Of a stretch of 64,000 bases of DNA, positions 18,984 to 28,972 are shown piece by piece. The notes beneath the pieces were generated by a model. The model searched no databases. It had not been told where the DNA came from and saw nothing but the letters and a program-made list of their open reading frames with translations. Source of the stretch: Dehalococcoidia bacterium (GTDB lineage Bacteria; Chloroflexota; Dehalococcoidia; Lucifugimonadales; JADFKI01); assembly GCA_963422525.1 (NCBI GenBank), contig OY730226.1, forward strand, positions 958,453-1,022,452, given 5' to 3'. Position 1 is the stretch's first letter, and each line of letters starts with the position of its first letter. Made by a program: the position numbers and the translations under genes.

Positions 18984-20141
18984 CTATCCTGAAGCGTCCC
19001 GCTGCCAGGCGTCGACGACGGCTTTGGCGACAGCAGGAACGACCTTCGTATTGAGCGCATAAGGGATAATCTCGTCGGGCGTCGGCTCAGACACGAGGTC
19101 CGAGATGGCGAAGCCGGCGGCGATTTTCATCTGTGTGGTGATGCGCGCGGCGCGCGCATCGAGAGCGCCGCGCAGGATGCCCGGGAACGCGAGCACATTG
19201 TTTATCTGGTTAGGCAGGTCGCTCCTGCCGGTGCCGACGACTGCCGCCCCGCCCCGAACTGCTTCTTCCGGCATAATCTCAGGGTTGGGGTTTGCCATTG
19301 GCAGCACGATGGCGTCACCGCGCATAGCGCTGATGTCGTCTGCGGTCAGCAGGTTCGCCGTGGACAGCCCGATGAATACATCAGCGCCCTTGATAGCGTC
19401 GTGGATGTCGCCCTTTATGCCTTCTTCGTTTGTCGTCTCCGCTATCTCCTGCTTGACGGGTGTCAGGTCGTCGCGCCCTTTATGGATCGTGCCGCCCGTG
19501 TCAACCATAGTGATGTCCTCGACGCCCATCACTTGCAGAATCTTGCAGCAGGCGATTCCACTCGCCCCCGCACCGCTAAAGACGACCCTGACTTCGGAGA
19601 ATTCCTTGTTGACCACACGCAGAGCGTTGACCATCGCCGCAAGAACTACAACCGCCGTGCCGTGCTGATCGTCGTGGAAGACTGGGATGCCCAAATCTTG
19701 CAGACCTTCTTCCACCTCAAAGCACTTGGGCGCTGCGATGTCCTCAAGGTTTATTCCGCCGAAAGTAGGCGATATGGCGCGTACGATGGCGATAATCTCG
19801 TCAGCCTTGTGAGCATCGATGCAGATGGGCACTGCGTCTATGTCCGCTAACTCCTTGAACAGCAGCGCCTTGCCTTCCATCACCGGCATCGAGCCTTCCG
19901 CTCCGATGTCGCCCAGTCCGAGCACCGCCGAACCATCGCTTACCACGGCGACCATGTTGCCCTTGCCTGTGAGTTCATAGACCTTGCTGCGGTCACGCGC
20001 GATCTCCATGCATACCGCTGCTACCCCGGGCGTGTACGCCGTTGACATATCGTCAATGGTCTTCAGTTCGACCTTGGAGTGAACGCCCAGCTTACCTCGA
20101 TTTCTGGCGTGAAGCTCAAGTGCCATTTCGTCGTAGTTCAT
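18984..20141 (-). CDS. NAD(P)-dependent malic enzyme (short form, no PTA domain)
   Basis: [32 protein letters not shown] and [16 protein letters not shown] motifs. The ATG at 20141 is preceded by AAGGAG; the longer ORF-track start has junk composition. Confidence 0.9.
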   Translation of the reverse strand: MNYDEMALELHARNRGKLGVHSKVELKTIDDMSTAYTPGVAAVCMEIARDRSKVYELTGKGNMVAVVSDGSAVLGLGDIGAEGSMPVMEGKALLFKELADIDAVPICIDAHKADEIIAIVRAISPTFGGINLEDIAAPKCFEVEEGLQDLGIPVFHDDQHGTAVVVLAAMVNALRVVNKEFSEVRVVFSGAGASGIACCKILQVMGVEDITMVDTGGTIHKGRDDLTPVKQEIAETTNEEGIKGDIHDAIKGADVFIGLSTANLLTADDISAMRGDAIVLPMANPNPEIMPEEAVRGGAAVVGTGRSDLPNQINNVLAFPGILRGALDARAARITTQMKIAAGFAISDLVSEPTPDEIIPYALNTKVVPAVAKAVVDAWQRDASG

Positions 20142-20484
20142 GTCTGCACTCCTTTGCCGTCGTGCGCAGTTTCGGGGCTGGTAGGGTGTACGGGGCGTAT
20201 GCCCCGAATCAAGGGGATGCGCTTGCATCCGATTAAGTGTATTCTGCGTGCTTGATGTTAGTCAAATACAGGAGGCTGACTGGCTGGGTGGGCAGGATGG
20301 AGGGAATGTTGATGCTAGAAGATGGCGATGGGGTTGACCGGGCTGCCCGTAACATTGCGCGGCGCGAGCGGCCCATGCTGAGCAGGAATTCGTAGCGACC
20401 GTGGCGGCGGCAGGCGGCGGAGAGCCGCTCAAGGTTGGCGTTGTCTATTCCTATTCATCTTGCATATCCCGCTAGCCGCCGCTC

Positions 20485-20973
20485 CTACATAGACAACCCG
20501 GCGATGAACTGCGCTCCGGGTATCTTGCCGATATCCTTAGGCGCTACCTTAATCTTCGAAGAGCGGCTGCCGGAGCCAAGTATCACATACTCTTGCGACA
20601 GCAGTTTCTCGTCGGCATACACCGGCAAGTCTTCCGGCAGCGCGAATGCGGTTACGCCGCCAATCATCATGCCCGTAAGTTCCATCGTCTCTTCTGCGGA
20701 CGCAAATGATGCGCGCGACACGCCCATCAGCCGCTTGACCGTCTTGTTCACATCGAGACGCGCCGAACCCTGCACGATGCAAGCGCAATACTTCTTTGCG
20801 CCGCGCTTAGATGCGACGATGATGGTATTGCCGCTGCCCTCGAGCGTGTAGCCGTACTTTTCACAGAACTCCGCCGTATCCGCAAACTCCGGGTCGATGC
20901 GAATTAGTTCATGTGAGATGCCAAGCCCGTTCAGCGTAGAAACCACCTGCGCTTCAATATCAGCCGATGCCAT
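20485..20973 (-). CDS. YbaK/EbsC/ProX-type aminoacyl-tRNA editing domain protein
   Basis: 162 aa, with the KTVKRLMGVSRASFASAEE...TGMMIGGVTAFALP pattern of the YbaK domain. Confidence 0.75.
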   Translation of the reverse strand: MASADIEAQVVSTLNGLGISHELIRIDPEFADTAEFCEKYGYTLEGSGNTIIVASKRGAKKYCACIVQGSARLDVNKTVKRLMGVSRASFASAEETMELTGMMIGGVTAFALPEDLPVYADEKLLSQEYVILGSGSRSSKIKVAPKDIGKIPGAQFIAGLSM

Positions 20974-21027
20974 AGTCGCGCCGCACCTCCGTAAGATTGC
21001 GTCAATAATATAGCGTCAATCCCCCGC

Positions 21028-21627
21028 CTAGCGCAACGCTTGCGCAGTTTTGCTTACGAGGGCAATGCGGCGGCAAATCAGTTCATCCACCAGTTCCAGC
21101 GCATCCACGGGCCGATAGACTTCAGGGCGTGGCTGGTACACACCCGGTTCTCCCGCTTGCGGGCGACGATTTAGGACCTCTTCGTCCCACTGCTTGGTCA
21201 AGGTCGTAGTTGACGCCGAATATGCTCAATGGACTGATCCTCATTAGCGCGCCGTTGGTTTGGCTTTCCGAATTATATTCTCCATGCAAACCGGACATGG
21301 CGGTGAAGCCGCAGTCGAACGGCTCGGATTCCAGCCAGTGAATATACGCCCGGCGGACGGTGCCCGCGTCGAAGCGCCGATATTTTACCAGCGCAAGCGT
21401 CAACGCCATTTCAGAATCGTCCGTAGGCTGACCAGAAATTGTTTTGTAAGTCCTGCCGTCCGCAAGAAAACGCACGCCGTTCGGGTATTGGCGCAATATC
21501 TCAGTCTGTGTCTGAAACTCCACAAGGCTGCCCGGGGAATCCCCTGCGAGCTGACCTAGCATGCTGCCTTGCGCGCGTAGCGTAATAGAACCGAAGGGTT
21601 GACAGCGTTTTGGCTGTCGGATGTCAT
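21028..21627 (-). pseudogene. ADP-ribosylglycohydrolase family pseudogene
   Basis: ORF 21122..21562 encodes only the first 125 aa or so of the fold (GQLAGDSPGSLVEF, GQPTDDSEMAL, TNGALMRISPL). A C-terminal-like piece (KQWDEEVLNRRPQAGEPGVYQPRPEVY...) is in another frame and ends at 21028. A possible original ATG at 21627 is in a third frame. Confidence 0.55.
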
Positions 21628-21755
21628 TTGGCGCACCTTGCCTATTTCGAATCGGTTTATGCTTGTGTTCTAATTCCGCTGTCGTGTAGCGTTCATTGTA
21701 AGTAATGCCCAGGACAGGAACAAATCTCGATGCCGAAAAGAAGAATAAATCGTAA

Positions 21756-23057
21756 GTGAGTGGATTTACTGAAAAGGTTCTCAGTTGGCATCCCCGTCCA
21801 CGCTTCTACTATGGTTGGCTTGTGCTTGGGACGGCGGCTTTAGGCGCTTTCATCGCCACCGGCGTTGCTCAGACGACGCTGGGCGGCGTGCAGGATTTGA
21901 TAGCCGCAGACATGGGCTGGGAGCGCACTACCATTGCGTTCGCTGCGACGGCGGCAACATGGGCATCCGGGCTGACGATGCCCTTCGTCGGCAAGCTCGT
22001 TGACCGATATGGCCCGCGCTACATGATGCTTGCGGCGGCGCTGGCGGTCAGCGCCTGCTTCTTTGCGCTCGGCGGCGTTAACTCGGTGTGGCAATTTAGC
22101 CTGACATACATCATCGCGCGTTCATTCGCCGGCCCGAACTTGCAGAATGTAGCGCCGCGCACGGTCGCCGTGAACTTCTTCAGACGCAAGCGCAACTTGG
22201 CGCTCGGCATCACCGCGCTCAACCGCATCGGTGGCGAGTCGCTCAATCTGCTCATAATCACGCTGATCGCCGGCGCGCTGAGTTGGCGCGCCGCATACCG
22301 CACACTCGGCATCATTGCCTTGCCGCTGTCCATTCCATTGTTCGTGATAATGCGCAAGCGGCCGGAAGACATCGGGCTGCTCCCTGACGGAGAATCGATG
22401 GCTCATACTCCAAGCGCAAATGTGGGCGACGCTTCCACGCCCATGCGTGAGTTCGATTGGCGGCTGCGCGAAGTAATGTCCGTGCCATCGTTCTGGTACA
22501 TCGTATGGGCTGAATTTTTGGCGGTGTCAACAACAGCCGCCGTAACATTCCAGCTCGTGCCCTTCCTGACCGACAGCGGCATGTCGTACTCACTCGCTGC
22601 GGGCGCGCTCATGCTGAGCGTGCTGCTGGGAGGCATGTCCGTGCCGCTTTGGGGGCATCTGTCCGACAAGTTTACCATCAGGAGGCTGACAATCGCCGCG
22701 CTGCTGGCGACGAGTGTTCCGACCCTGCTATTTATACTAGTTGACCCCCGGAGCGTCGGCGTCGGCTTCTGTGTGTCGGTAGCCTGGGGGGTAGCGTCGG
22801 GCGGCATTCCTGTGGTAGGCAGCATGATGATTGGCGAGTATTTCGGGCGCAGATCATTCGGCGCGCTAACAGGGCTGACAGGCCCGTTCCGCACCGCCGC
22901 CATGGGGCTTGGTCCCACGCTGGGGGCGCTGCTGGTCAACACCACAGGCGGCTACACCGCCATATTCGTCGCCGCGGTTGTATCGTACATCGCTGCAGCG
23001 CTGATGAACTACAGCGTGCGCCAGCCAAAGTTGCCGTCAAGAGTTGCCGCCGACTAA
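21756..23057 (+). CDS. MFS transporter
   Basis: 433 aa with about 12 TM spans, an MFS-type loop (GKLVDRYGPR) and a GTG start. Confidence 0.85.
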   Translation: MSGFTEKVLSWHPRPRFYYGWLVLGTAALGAFIATGVAQTTLGGVQDLIAADMGWERTTIAFAATAATWASGLTMPFVGKLVDRYGPRYMMLAAALAVSACFFALGGVNSVWQFSLTYIIARSFAGPNLQNVAPRTVAVNFFRRKRNLALGITALNRIGGESLNLLIITLIAGALSWRAAYRTLGIIALPLSIPLFVIMRKRPEDIGLLPDGESMAHTPSANVGDASTPMREFDWRLREVMSVPSFWYIVWAEFLAVSTTAAVTFQLVPFLTDSGMSYSLAAGALMLSVLLGGMSVPLWGHLSDKFTIRRLTIAALLATSVPTLLFILVDPRSVGVGFCVSVAWGVASGGIPVVGSMMIGEYFGRRSFGALTGLTGPFRTAAMGLGPTLGALLVNTTGGYTAIFVAAVVSYIAAALMNYSVRQPKLPSRVAAD

Positions 23058-23553
23058 GGCGCAAATCAGCTGACTCGCGTAAGCACTGCTCCATAAGCTC
23101 GAATGCCGCCTTTGCGAATGCCCACATGTTGGCTTCACGGTCGGCGTTGCCCGTCTCAATCGTGATGGCGCGCTCCACCGGGCCCGATACGGCGATGCAC
23201 GCATGCCCAGCGTCGTCCCCATAGCGATTGCCGGTCGGGCCGCTCGCCCCCGTTTCGCTCAGCGCCCATGTCGTGTCCAATATCCCCCGCAGCTCGCGCG
23301 CGTTGAGGGCGGCATATGCTTCTGTGCTTGCGCGCAGCCCTTCCATCGCTTCGTCGGGCACGCCAAGCAGTCCTCGTTGTCCCATGCGAGTGTAGATTAT
23401 CGCCCCGCCGACGTAGTAAGCCGACGCGCCCGACACCGACACGAGCGCCGCCGACAACAGCCCGCCGCACGACGACTCCGACACGGCTATCGTCTGTCCA
23501 TTCCGCTTCAAAAGCTCACCGACCGTCGCCGCCAGTCCGCCCAGTTCTGACAT
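22936..23553 (-). CDS. CinA-family nicotinamide-nucleotide amidohydrolase (PncC domain)
   Basis: TIAVSESSCGGLLSAALVSVSGASAYYVGGAIIYT is the CinA C-terminal domain signature. The last 40 codons or so overlap the convergent MFS gene and look like junk, so the true stop is uncertain. Confidence 0.75.
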   Translation of the reverse strand: MSELGGLAATVGELLKRNGQTIAVSESSCGGLLSAALVSVSGASAYYVGGAIIYTRMGQRGLLGVPDEAMEGLRASTEAYAALNARELRGILDTTWALSETGASGPTGNRYGDDAGHACIAVSGPVERAITIETGNADREANMWAFAKAAFELMEQCLRESADLRLSRRQLLTATLAGARCSSSALQRCTIQPRRRIWRCSRLWC

Positions 23554-23734
23554 ATCAGCCTCCGTTATCTATCTGCCTCAACCCTTGTCTTTGTATCGGA
23601 CACCCGACAGACTTAACCGGTTAACCACTTAACCACAAATTGGACTTATTCAACTCCTAGCCAATTGAAAACTGACTAGGCTCTGTGGACATTTGCCCCG
23701 AGAAGCGTTTTCAGCCGAAAATTACGCCTGTTGT

Positions 23735-23863
23735 GTCATTCTGAAAGCCTCTCGTTGTCATTCTGAATGCCTCTCATTGTCATTCCAAACGCAGTGAGGA
23801 ATCTCAAATTGTTGCATGTAAATCTTTTTGCGACTTTAGATTTCGAGCGAAGCGAGAAATGAC
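23735..23863. repeat. MITE-like repeat cluster: three 22-bp tandem units plus an inverted partner
   Basis: GTCATTCTGAAAGCCTCTCGTT (23735), GTCATTCTGAATGCCTCTCATT (23757) and GTCATTCCAAACGCAGTGAGGAATC (23779). GATTTCGAGCGAAGCGAGAAATGAC (23839-23863) is an imperfect reverse complement of the third unit. Confidence 0.6.
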
Positions 23864-23914
23864 AAAGTGATGATAGCCGGCGCCCAAATATCCACACAAC
23901 CTAGCTGGTAAACT

Positions 23915-24913
23915 CTAAACCAGATGCAGGTGTTCACGCACCTGCGGGTTGACTAGATTGCGCGGCATCTTGCCGTCCAGCACAGCAGCGACCTCCTCGC
24001 CGTAGCGTCCGGTGCGCAGTTGCAGCGACAAGACCGAAGTGTGTCCTGAGTGCGGCGATAGCACAACATTGTCCATAGAGAGCAACGGATTATCACTTGT
24101 GGGCGGCTCCTTCTCGAGCACATCCAACCCTGCGCCTGCTATCCAGCCCTCTTGCAGCGCCTTGATGAGCGCGGCTTCATGCACCACCGGACCGCGCGAG
24201 GTATTGATGAGATAGGCGTTGGGCTTCATCAGCCGCAGAGAATTTTCACTGATGATGTGCCGCGTCTCGTCGGTAAGCGGTGTGTGAACCGATATGTAAT
24301 CCGATTGCGACATCAGCCCGTCGAACGACACCGCCGTAACGCCGCGTTCCTCGAACGCCTCGGCGGAGATATACGGATCGTGCGCGATTACATTCAGTTC
24401 GAAGCCCTTGGCGCGCTGTGCCATTGCGCTGCCGATGCGTCCAAGTCCTAATATGCCAAGCGTTTCGCCATGCAGCGCGCCTACGGCATAGGGCGGTCGC
24501 GGCGTCCAAGCGCTCGAGCGTATGTCGCTGTGCAGGTTCACCACACGGCGGTTCAATGCCAGCAGCAGCGACATCGCCTGATTGGCGACCTCGCGCGTCC
24601 ACAGGTCCGGGATGTTGACAACCGCTATGCCCTGCTCGGTAGCAGCCTCCACATCAATCACATCGTATCCGACGCCTGTTCGCAGCACCACCTTGCACTG
24701 CGTCAGTGATTCTAGTACGCGCCGCGTCATCGGCGACTCTGAAGTGATGATGCCGTCTGCGTCCCGCACATGCTCGATGATTTCGTCCTCATCGTCCATC
24801 GACTCCACCAGTTCGAGGCTTGCCCCCACCTCCGCCAACGCCGCGCGCGTATCACTCAAGTCCTCGCTCTGCCATCGCCCCATGTAATAGACGGTGAATC
24901 TCTGTTCGTTCAT
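23915..24913 (-). CDS. D-isomer-specific 2-hydroxyacid dehydrogenase (phosphoglycerate dehydrogenase-like)
   Basis: GILGLGRIGSAMAQRA, NTSRGPVVHE and SPHSGHTS motifs. It is a paralogue of the gene at 13242. Confidence 0.88.
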   Translation of the reverse strand: MNEQRFTVYYMGRWQSEDLSDTRAALAEVGASLELVESMDDEDEIIEHVRDADGIITSESPMTRRVLESLTQCKVVLRTGVGYDVIDVEAATEQGIAVVNIPDLWTREVANQAMSLLLALNRRVVNLHSDIRSSAWTPRPPYAVGALHGETLGILGLGRIGSAMAQRAKGFELNVIAHDPYISAEAFEERGVTAVSFDGLMSQSDYISVHTPLTDETRHIISENSLRLMKPNAYLINTSRGPVVHEAALIKALQEGWIAGAGLDVLEKEPPTSDNPLLSMDNVVLSPHSGHTSVLSLQLRTGRYGEEVAAVLDGKMPRNLVNPQVREHLHLV

Positions 24914-25141
24914 ACATCCCCCTCTGTAAACTTATTGGCGAGAATACGAATTAGCGCCTAGTATATCACGGCGCGAGCGTTGTGAATGAGATGCTGATGA
25001 AGCGCATTGCCGTCGTTCGGCGTGCGCGTATAGAATGTGGAGAAAGGGAGATGCGGCATGACTCAGAGAGTTGAGGCGAAGGCTGTTGTAGCAGGGGAGT
25101 ATCAGCGCACGGAGAAGTCTGATGTTGTTCGGCAGCACAAT

Positions 25142-25732
25142 ATGGTGCAGCGCATACGCGGGGAGATTGTAGATATGCTCGCTGCCAAGAAGCGAGGGTT
25201 CAGCGCCGAGGATTACCAGCTGCTGGGCCGGGTAGGCATCTTGCACGAAGACGATAGGGTGGAGCTTATAGAGGGAGAGGTTGTACTGATGTCGCCAATC
25301 GGGAGCAAGCATGCGGCTTGTGTGTCTATATTGAGCTACCTGTTCATTGACCGGGTAGAAGGGCGAGCTATTGCGTCAACACAAAACCCGATTCGTCTTG
25401 GGGACGACTCAGAGCCTCAGCCCGATATTGCGTTACTGCGCCCGCGTGATGATTTCTACGCCGAAGCGCACCCTACACCCGATGACATCCTGCTGCTGGT
25501 TGAGGTGGCGGACAGCAGCCTTGAGCGTGACAGAAAAAAATCGATGGATTTGTATGCGAAGCACGGGATACCTGAGGTATGGATTGAGAACCTGTCCGAC
25601 GATTGTGTAGAACGCTTCCGCAATCCCACTGAAAGCGGCTACAGCGATGTAAGGATATTCTCACGAGGAGAAAGAATTTCGCCCGCGCTGTTGCCGGGTG
25701 TGGAGTTGGAGGTTGACGGCATGTTGCCGTAG
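25142..25732 (+). CDS. Uma2 (DUF820) family putative endonuclease
   Basis: ELIEGEVVLMSPIGSKH...QPDIALL...LLLVEVADSSLERDRKKSMDLYAKHGIPEVWI is the Uma2 PD-(D/E)xK-like pattern. The start is ambiguous (25037, 25142 or 25175). Confidence 0.8.
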   Translation: MVQRIRGEIVDMLAAKKRGFSAEDYQLLGRVGILHEDDRVELIEGEVVLMSPIGSKHAACVSILSYLFIDRVEGRAIASTQNPIRLGDDSEPQPDIALLRPRDDFYAEAHPTPDDILLLVEVADSSLERDRKKSMDLYAKHGIPEVWIENLSDDCVERFRNPTESGYSDVRIFSRGERISPALLPGVELEVDGMLP

Positions 25733-25761
25733 GGGAGTGGGCATGGTGTCAGATAAGTGAG

Positions 25762-25836
25762 TGGTGGCAACGGGTGGGTTCGAACCACCGACCTAACGCT
25801 TATGAAGCGTCCGCTCTGCCCCTGAGCTACGTTGCC
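25762..25836 (-). tRNA. tRNA with CAT anticodon (elongator Met, or Ile2 if lysidine-modified), CCA encoded
   Basis: The minus-strand sequence GGCAACGTAGCTCAGGGGCAGAGCGGACGCTTCATAAGCGTTAGGTCGGTGGTTCGAACCCACCCGTTGCCACCA is 75 nt. It has a 7-bp acceptor stem, a TTCGAA T-loop and an anticodon loop TTCATAA. Position 1:72 is paired, so it is not an initiator tRNA. Confidence 0.92.
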
Positions 25837-25917
25837 ATAGACGCATGCGCACAACGCATTATACGGGAAATGCGGCCACAGTTAAAGTAATCCAGACGAA
25901 AAAAAGGCGTTGAATGA

Positions 25918-26313
25918 ATGACAAACGACACATGGATAGACCCGCTTGTAAAGCGCGCCGTCGCCGATGCTGTGATGGAGCGCGCCGCCATTGAACTCAA
26001 CAAGCTGCTGGTCGAGATTGCGGCGGCGCTCCAGCCGTTCCCCAATTTCCTGGGCTTGACCACTATCCAGGCGGTCGAGATTGACCCTACCGGCGTGTCC
26101 AACCCCGAAAATGGCTGCGTAGTCGTCTGTCCGGACGGCGTATTGCGCGAACTGGCGCTGCGGATGATTCCAGGCCCGTTTGACATGGGCGGCGTTGAGC
26201 AGACGGACGAGATGGTCGAGCTTGACCTGCCGCCCGGCGAATATGTCGCATATGCCCACGCTGCCGTCCATGAACTGCTTAGGCTGCTCGAACAGCGCCA
26301 GTCCGCTCATTAG
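25918..26313 (+). CDS. Hypothetical protein
   Basis: 131-aa ORF with high third-position GC and ordinary composition. I prefer it over the overlapping 218-aa minus-strand ORF. Confidence 0.5.
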   Translation: MTNDTWIDPLVKRAVADAVMERAAIELNKLLVEIAAALQPFPNFLGLTTIQAVEIDPTGVSNPENGCVVVCPDGVLRELALRMIPGPFDMGGVEQTDEMVELDLPPGEYVAYAHAAVHELLRLLEQRQSAH

Positions 26314-26745
26314 CCATCCGTAGCCCTCCGTATAAACCTCTTGCGGTGCGGCAATTCGCCAAGTGTCCGCCTGAACGCCAACTCGCCACAGGATCAAAGT
26401 AGCGGCTTCGGCGCCGTCAGTAATGGCGATGAACTCAGCCACTCCCGTCCCCTGTTTGCGAAGATGACGCCGTCGCGTGGAGGTGTCTCCCCTGTTTAAG
26501 CGGTTTTGCCGAGACATTCTGCCCTGCAACAGGTTCAAGATGAACAGGATTTCGTTTTCGACAGCCTATTGCGAAACGCTATCGAAGGCAGGGGCAAGCT
26601 TGCCCATATACACCCCCAATCTTCGCCTACCTGAGCAAGCAGGCACGAAATTCCATTACGGAACATTATCCATCGCGTGTCCCCTGTGGCAGTAGCAAGA
26701 CAGTTCGGCGTATAATGAGCGAAACTTCGAGGAGGCGCTGCGTTT

Positions 26746-27588
26746 ATGGATATTGGTATTTCAACCTTTCCGACCGACTATTCCGTTGACATTGCCGTTG
26801 TAGCGAAGCGGGCTGAGGAGCTTGGCTTCGATTCGCTCTGGGTACCAGAGCACCCCATACTGCCCGTCAACGCCGGCTCGCCCTGGCCCGGCTCACCCGA
26901 CGGCGTGATTCCAAAGGTCTATGCCGACATAGTTGACCCGTTCGTGGCGCTGGCTAGGGCGTCAGCGGTTACGAGCGCGATAAAACTAGGTACAGGCATT
27001 TGCCTTGTGCCGGAGCGCAACCCGCTGCTACTGGCGAAAGAGATAGCGACGCTCGACATGTACTCCAAGGGGCGCTTCCTTTTCGGCATAGGCGCGGGAT
27101 GGCATCGTGAAGAGACCGAGATTATGGGCGGCGACTTCGACCACCGCTGGACGCAGACGCGCGAGGCAATCCTGGCGATGAAAGAGCTTTGGACGAAGGT
27201 CGAAAGCGAGTTTCATGGCCAGTATTATGACTTTCCTGCCGTATATTCGTTCCCGCGCCCCGCGCAGCGCCCGCACCCGCCCGTGTTGCTGGGCGGCATG
27301 GCGCGCAATGTATTCAGGCGCGTAGTCGATTACGGCGACGGCTGGATGCCCAACCGCGTTACGCCGGAGCAGGTGCGGCAGGGATGCGCCACTATTGCGG
27401 AGCTTGCCGACGCTGCGGACAGGGATCCGTCCTCCATGAGCGTGTCCGTCTTCGGACAACCCGCCGACCGCGACCTGATTGAGCAGTTCCATGATGCCGG
27501 CGCCGACCGCGTTATGGTGCGTCTGGAGACTGCTCCTGAGGACGAATCGCTTGCCAACCTTGAAAGCATCGCCGCCGCCGTCATGTAG
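26746..27588 (+). CDS. LLM-class (luciferase-like) F420-dependent oxidoreductase
   Basis: 280 aa, with FDSLWVPEHP, LGTGICLVPERNP and FGIGAGW patterns. GAGGAGG RBS upstream. Confidence 0.82.
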   Translation: MDIGISTFPTDYSVDIAVVAKRAEELGFDSLWVPEHPILPVNAGSPWPGSPDGVIPKVYADIVDPFVALARASAVTSAIKLGTGICLVPERNPLLLAKEIATLDMYSKGRFLFGIGAGWHREETEIMGGDFDHRWTQTREAILAMKELWTKVESEFHGQYYDFPAVYSFPRPAQRPHPPVLLGGMARNVFRRVVDYGDGWMPNRVTPEQVRQGCATIAELADAADRDPSSMSVSVFGQPADRDLIEQFHDAGADRVMVRLETAPEDESLANLESIAAAVM

Positions 27589-27608
27589 CGACGAAACGAA
27601 CGCCCCCG

Positions 27609-28661
27609 TCAGCGCCCACGCAGCAGTGGCATCACCTTGTCGCCGAAAAGATTCATCGACGCCTGCGCTCGCTGCGTGTCCGTCTCGCCTGTGTTGAACT
27701 TCAGCATCAGGTTGCGGACGCCTGCGTCGTCCATTGCCGCAATCTCGTCAACCACTTGACTGGGCGTTCCCATGATGAACGACATAGACAGATCTTCGGA
27801 AACCGATGTTGTGCCGCTGCCGCTCTGCGGCGCGAAGCCATTCGGATTGAACATCTCACGCGCCGCTCTGAAATGCTTTCGTTCGCGCGCAAAGCCCTGC
27901 TCTGCGACATCGCGCGCCTCAGTGTAAGTGTTTGCCACGACCACATTCCTCGACGCCCAGCATCGGTTGAGCGTCGCTTCCGTCGTCTGCTCGTCGAAGC
28001 CGGCTGTTAGCATAGCGTCTTGGTACGCCGTCAGGCGGCTGCCCAGCGTCTGCACGGGCAGGATGCCCAGCATCACCGGCCTGCCAATACTCGCCATTGC
28101 GATTGCGGACGCCTCGCTGATGCATGCCCGCACCAGCGGCGGGTGCGGCTTCTGATAGGGCTGCGGGCGCAATATCGGAAATTTCACCTGCCAATGTTCG
28201 CCTTCGTGCTTCAACTCATTCGTGGTCCACGCTTTCACCAGCAGATCTTCAGACTCGTCCAGCCGCTCTAATCCGTCCTCCATGCTCAGCCCAAACCCGA
28301 TATATTCGTAGTGATTAAACGCCGAACCGCGTCCCAAGCCCACGATTAGCCTGCCGTGGCTCAGGTTGTCCAGCAGAGCCGTCTGCACCGCAAGCCGTAC
28401 CGGATGATGCAAAGCCAACTCCACGACCGCAAAGCCAATCTTGACGCGCTTGGTACGCGCCGCTATCGCCGCGCCGAAAACCAACGGATCGGCGTATGCG
28501 ACCGCTCCGTCGAAGTGGTGCTCCCCAAGCCAAACGGTATCCAGGCCGATATGCTCCGCCAGCTCAACCTCCTGCAGTGTGCTGTCTATGACCGCGCTAT
28601 CATTGTTAGGATCGCGGCTTACGGGAAATACGAACGAACCTATATGCATTGATGCCTCCAA
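27609..28661 (-). CDS. LLM-class flavin-dependent oxidoreductase
   Basis: 350 aa, with LDTVWLGEHHF, GFAVVELALHHP and GRLIVGLGRGS patterns. Confidence 0.82.
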   Translation of the reverse strand: MEASMHIGSFVFPVSRDPNNDSAVIDSTLQEVELAEHIGLDTVWLGEHHFDGAVAYADPLVFGAAIAARTKRVKIGFAVVELALHHPVRLAVQTALLDNLSHGRLIVGLGRGSAFNHYEYIGFGLSMEDGLERLDESEDLLVKAWTTNELKHEGEHWQVKFPILRPQPYQKPHPPLVRACISEASAIAMASIGRPVMLGILPVQTLGSRLTAYQDAMLTAGFDEQTTEATLNRCWASRNVVVANTYTEARDVAEQGFARERKHFRAAREMFNPNGFAPQSGSGTTSVSEDLSMSFIMGTPSQVVDEIAAMDDAGVRNLMLKFNTGETDTQRAQASMNLFGDKVMPLLRGR

Positions 28662-28972
28662 GTATCCTGATGTTCACCCGTCAAGTATATCGCACTTGCC
28701 GATAGCATTTCCTTCAAGCCTACGCTGAGATTGAGGTTTCGACAGATGACAGCTGCGCAAACAAGCAGGGCAAACCGCTGAAGCAGGGATTGGTTCATAT
28801 TAGGATCGGCATCCGCAGACACAATGCCGCATCGAGGCTGGAATGCGTCGGGAGGGAGCTTTACTTGTCAGAGTGTTGGGGTAAATGCTACCATTGGGCA
28901 GTAGTTGTAGTGTTGGGTGCGGTGGGTCGTATCGCTGAAATTCGGTTGCTTTTTATAAGGAGTTGTGCTGGA

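Noticed and set aside
22936-23057. A 122-nt overlap of the convergent MFS and CinA-like genes, considered as a possible antisense regulatory arrangement.
   Set aside because: The last 40 codons or so of the CinA-like ORF look non-native (Arg/Cys/Ser-rich). The overlap is more likely caused by a late or missed stop codon than by a functional overlap. It cannot be resolved without homologue alignment.
25037-25836. tRNA-Met as an integration site, with the Uma2 gene abutting its 3' end as possible island cargo.
   Set aside because: I saw no integrase gene and no direct repeat of the tRNA 3' end nearby. Uma2 genes are commonly scattered singly in such genomes.
25882-26538. A 218-aa minus-strand ORF overlapping the 131-aa plus-strand ORF 25918..26313.
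   Set aside because: The plus-strand frame has high third-position GC and ordinary composition. The minus-strand product is Arg-rich with odd composition, and its third codon positions coincide with first positions of the plus ORF. The part at 26314-26538 remains unassigned.
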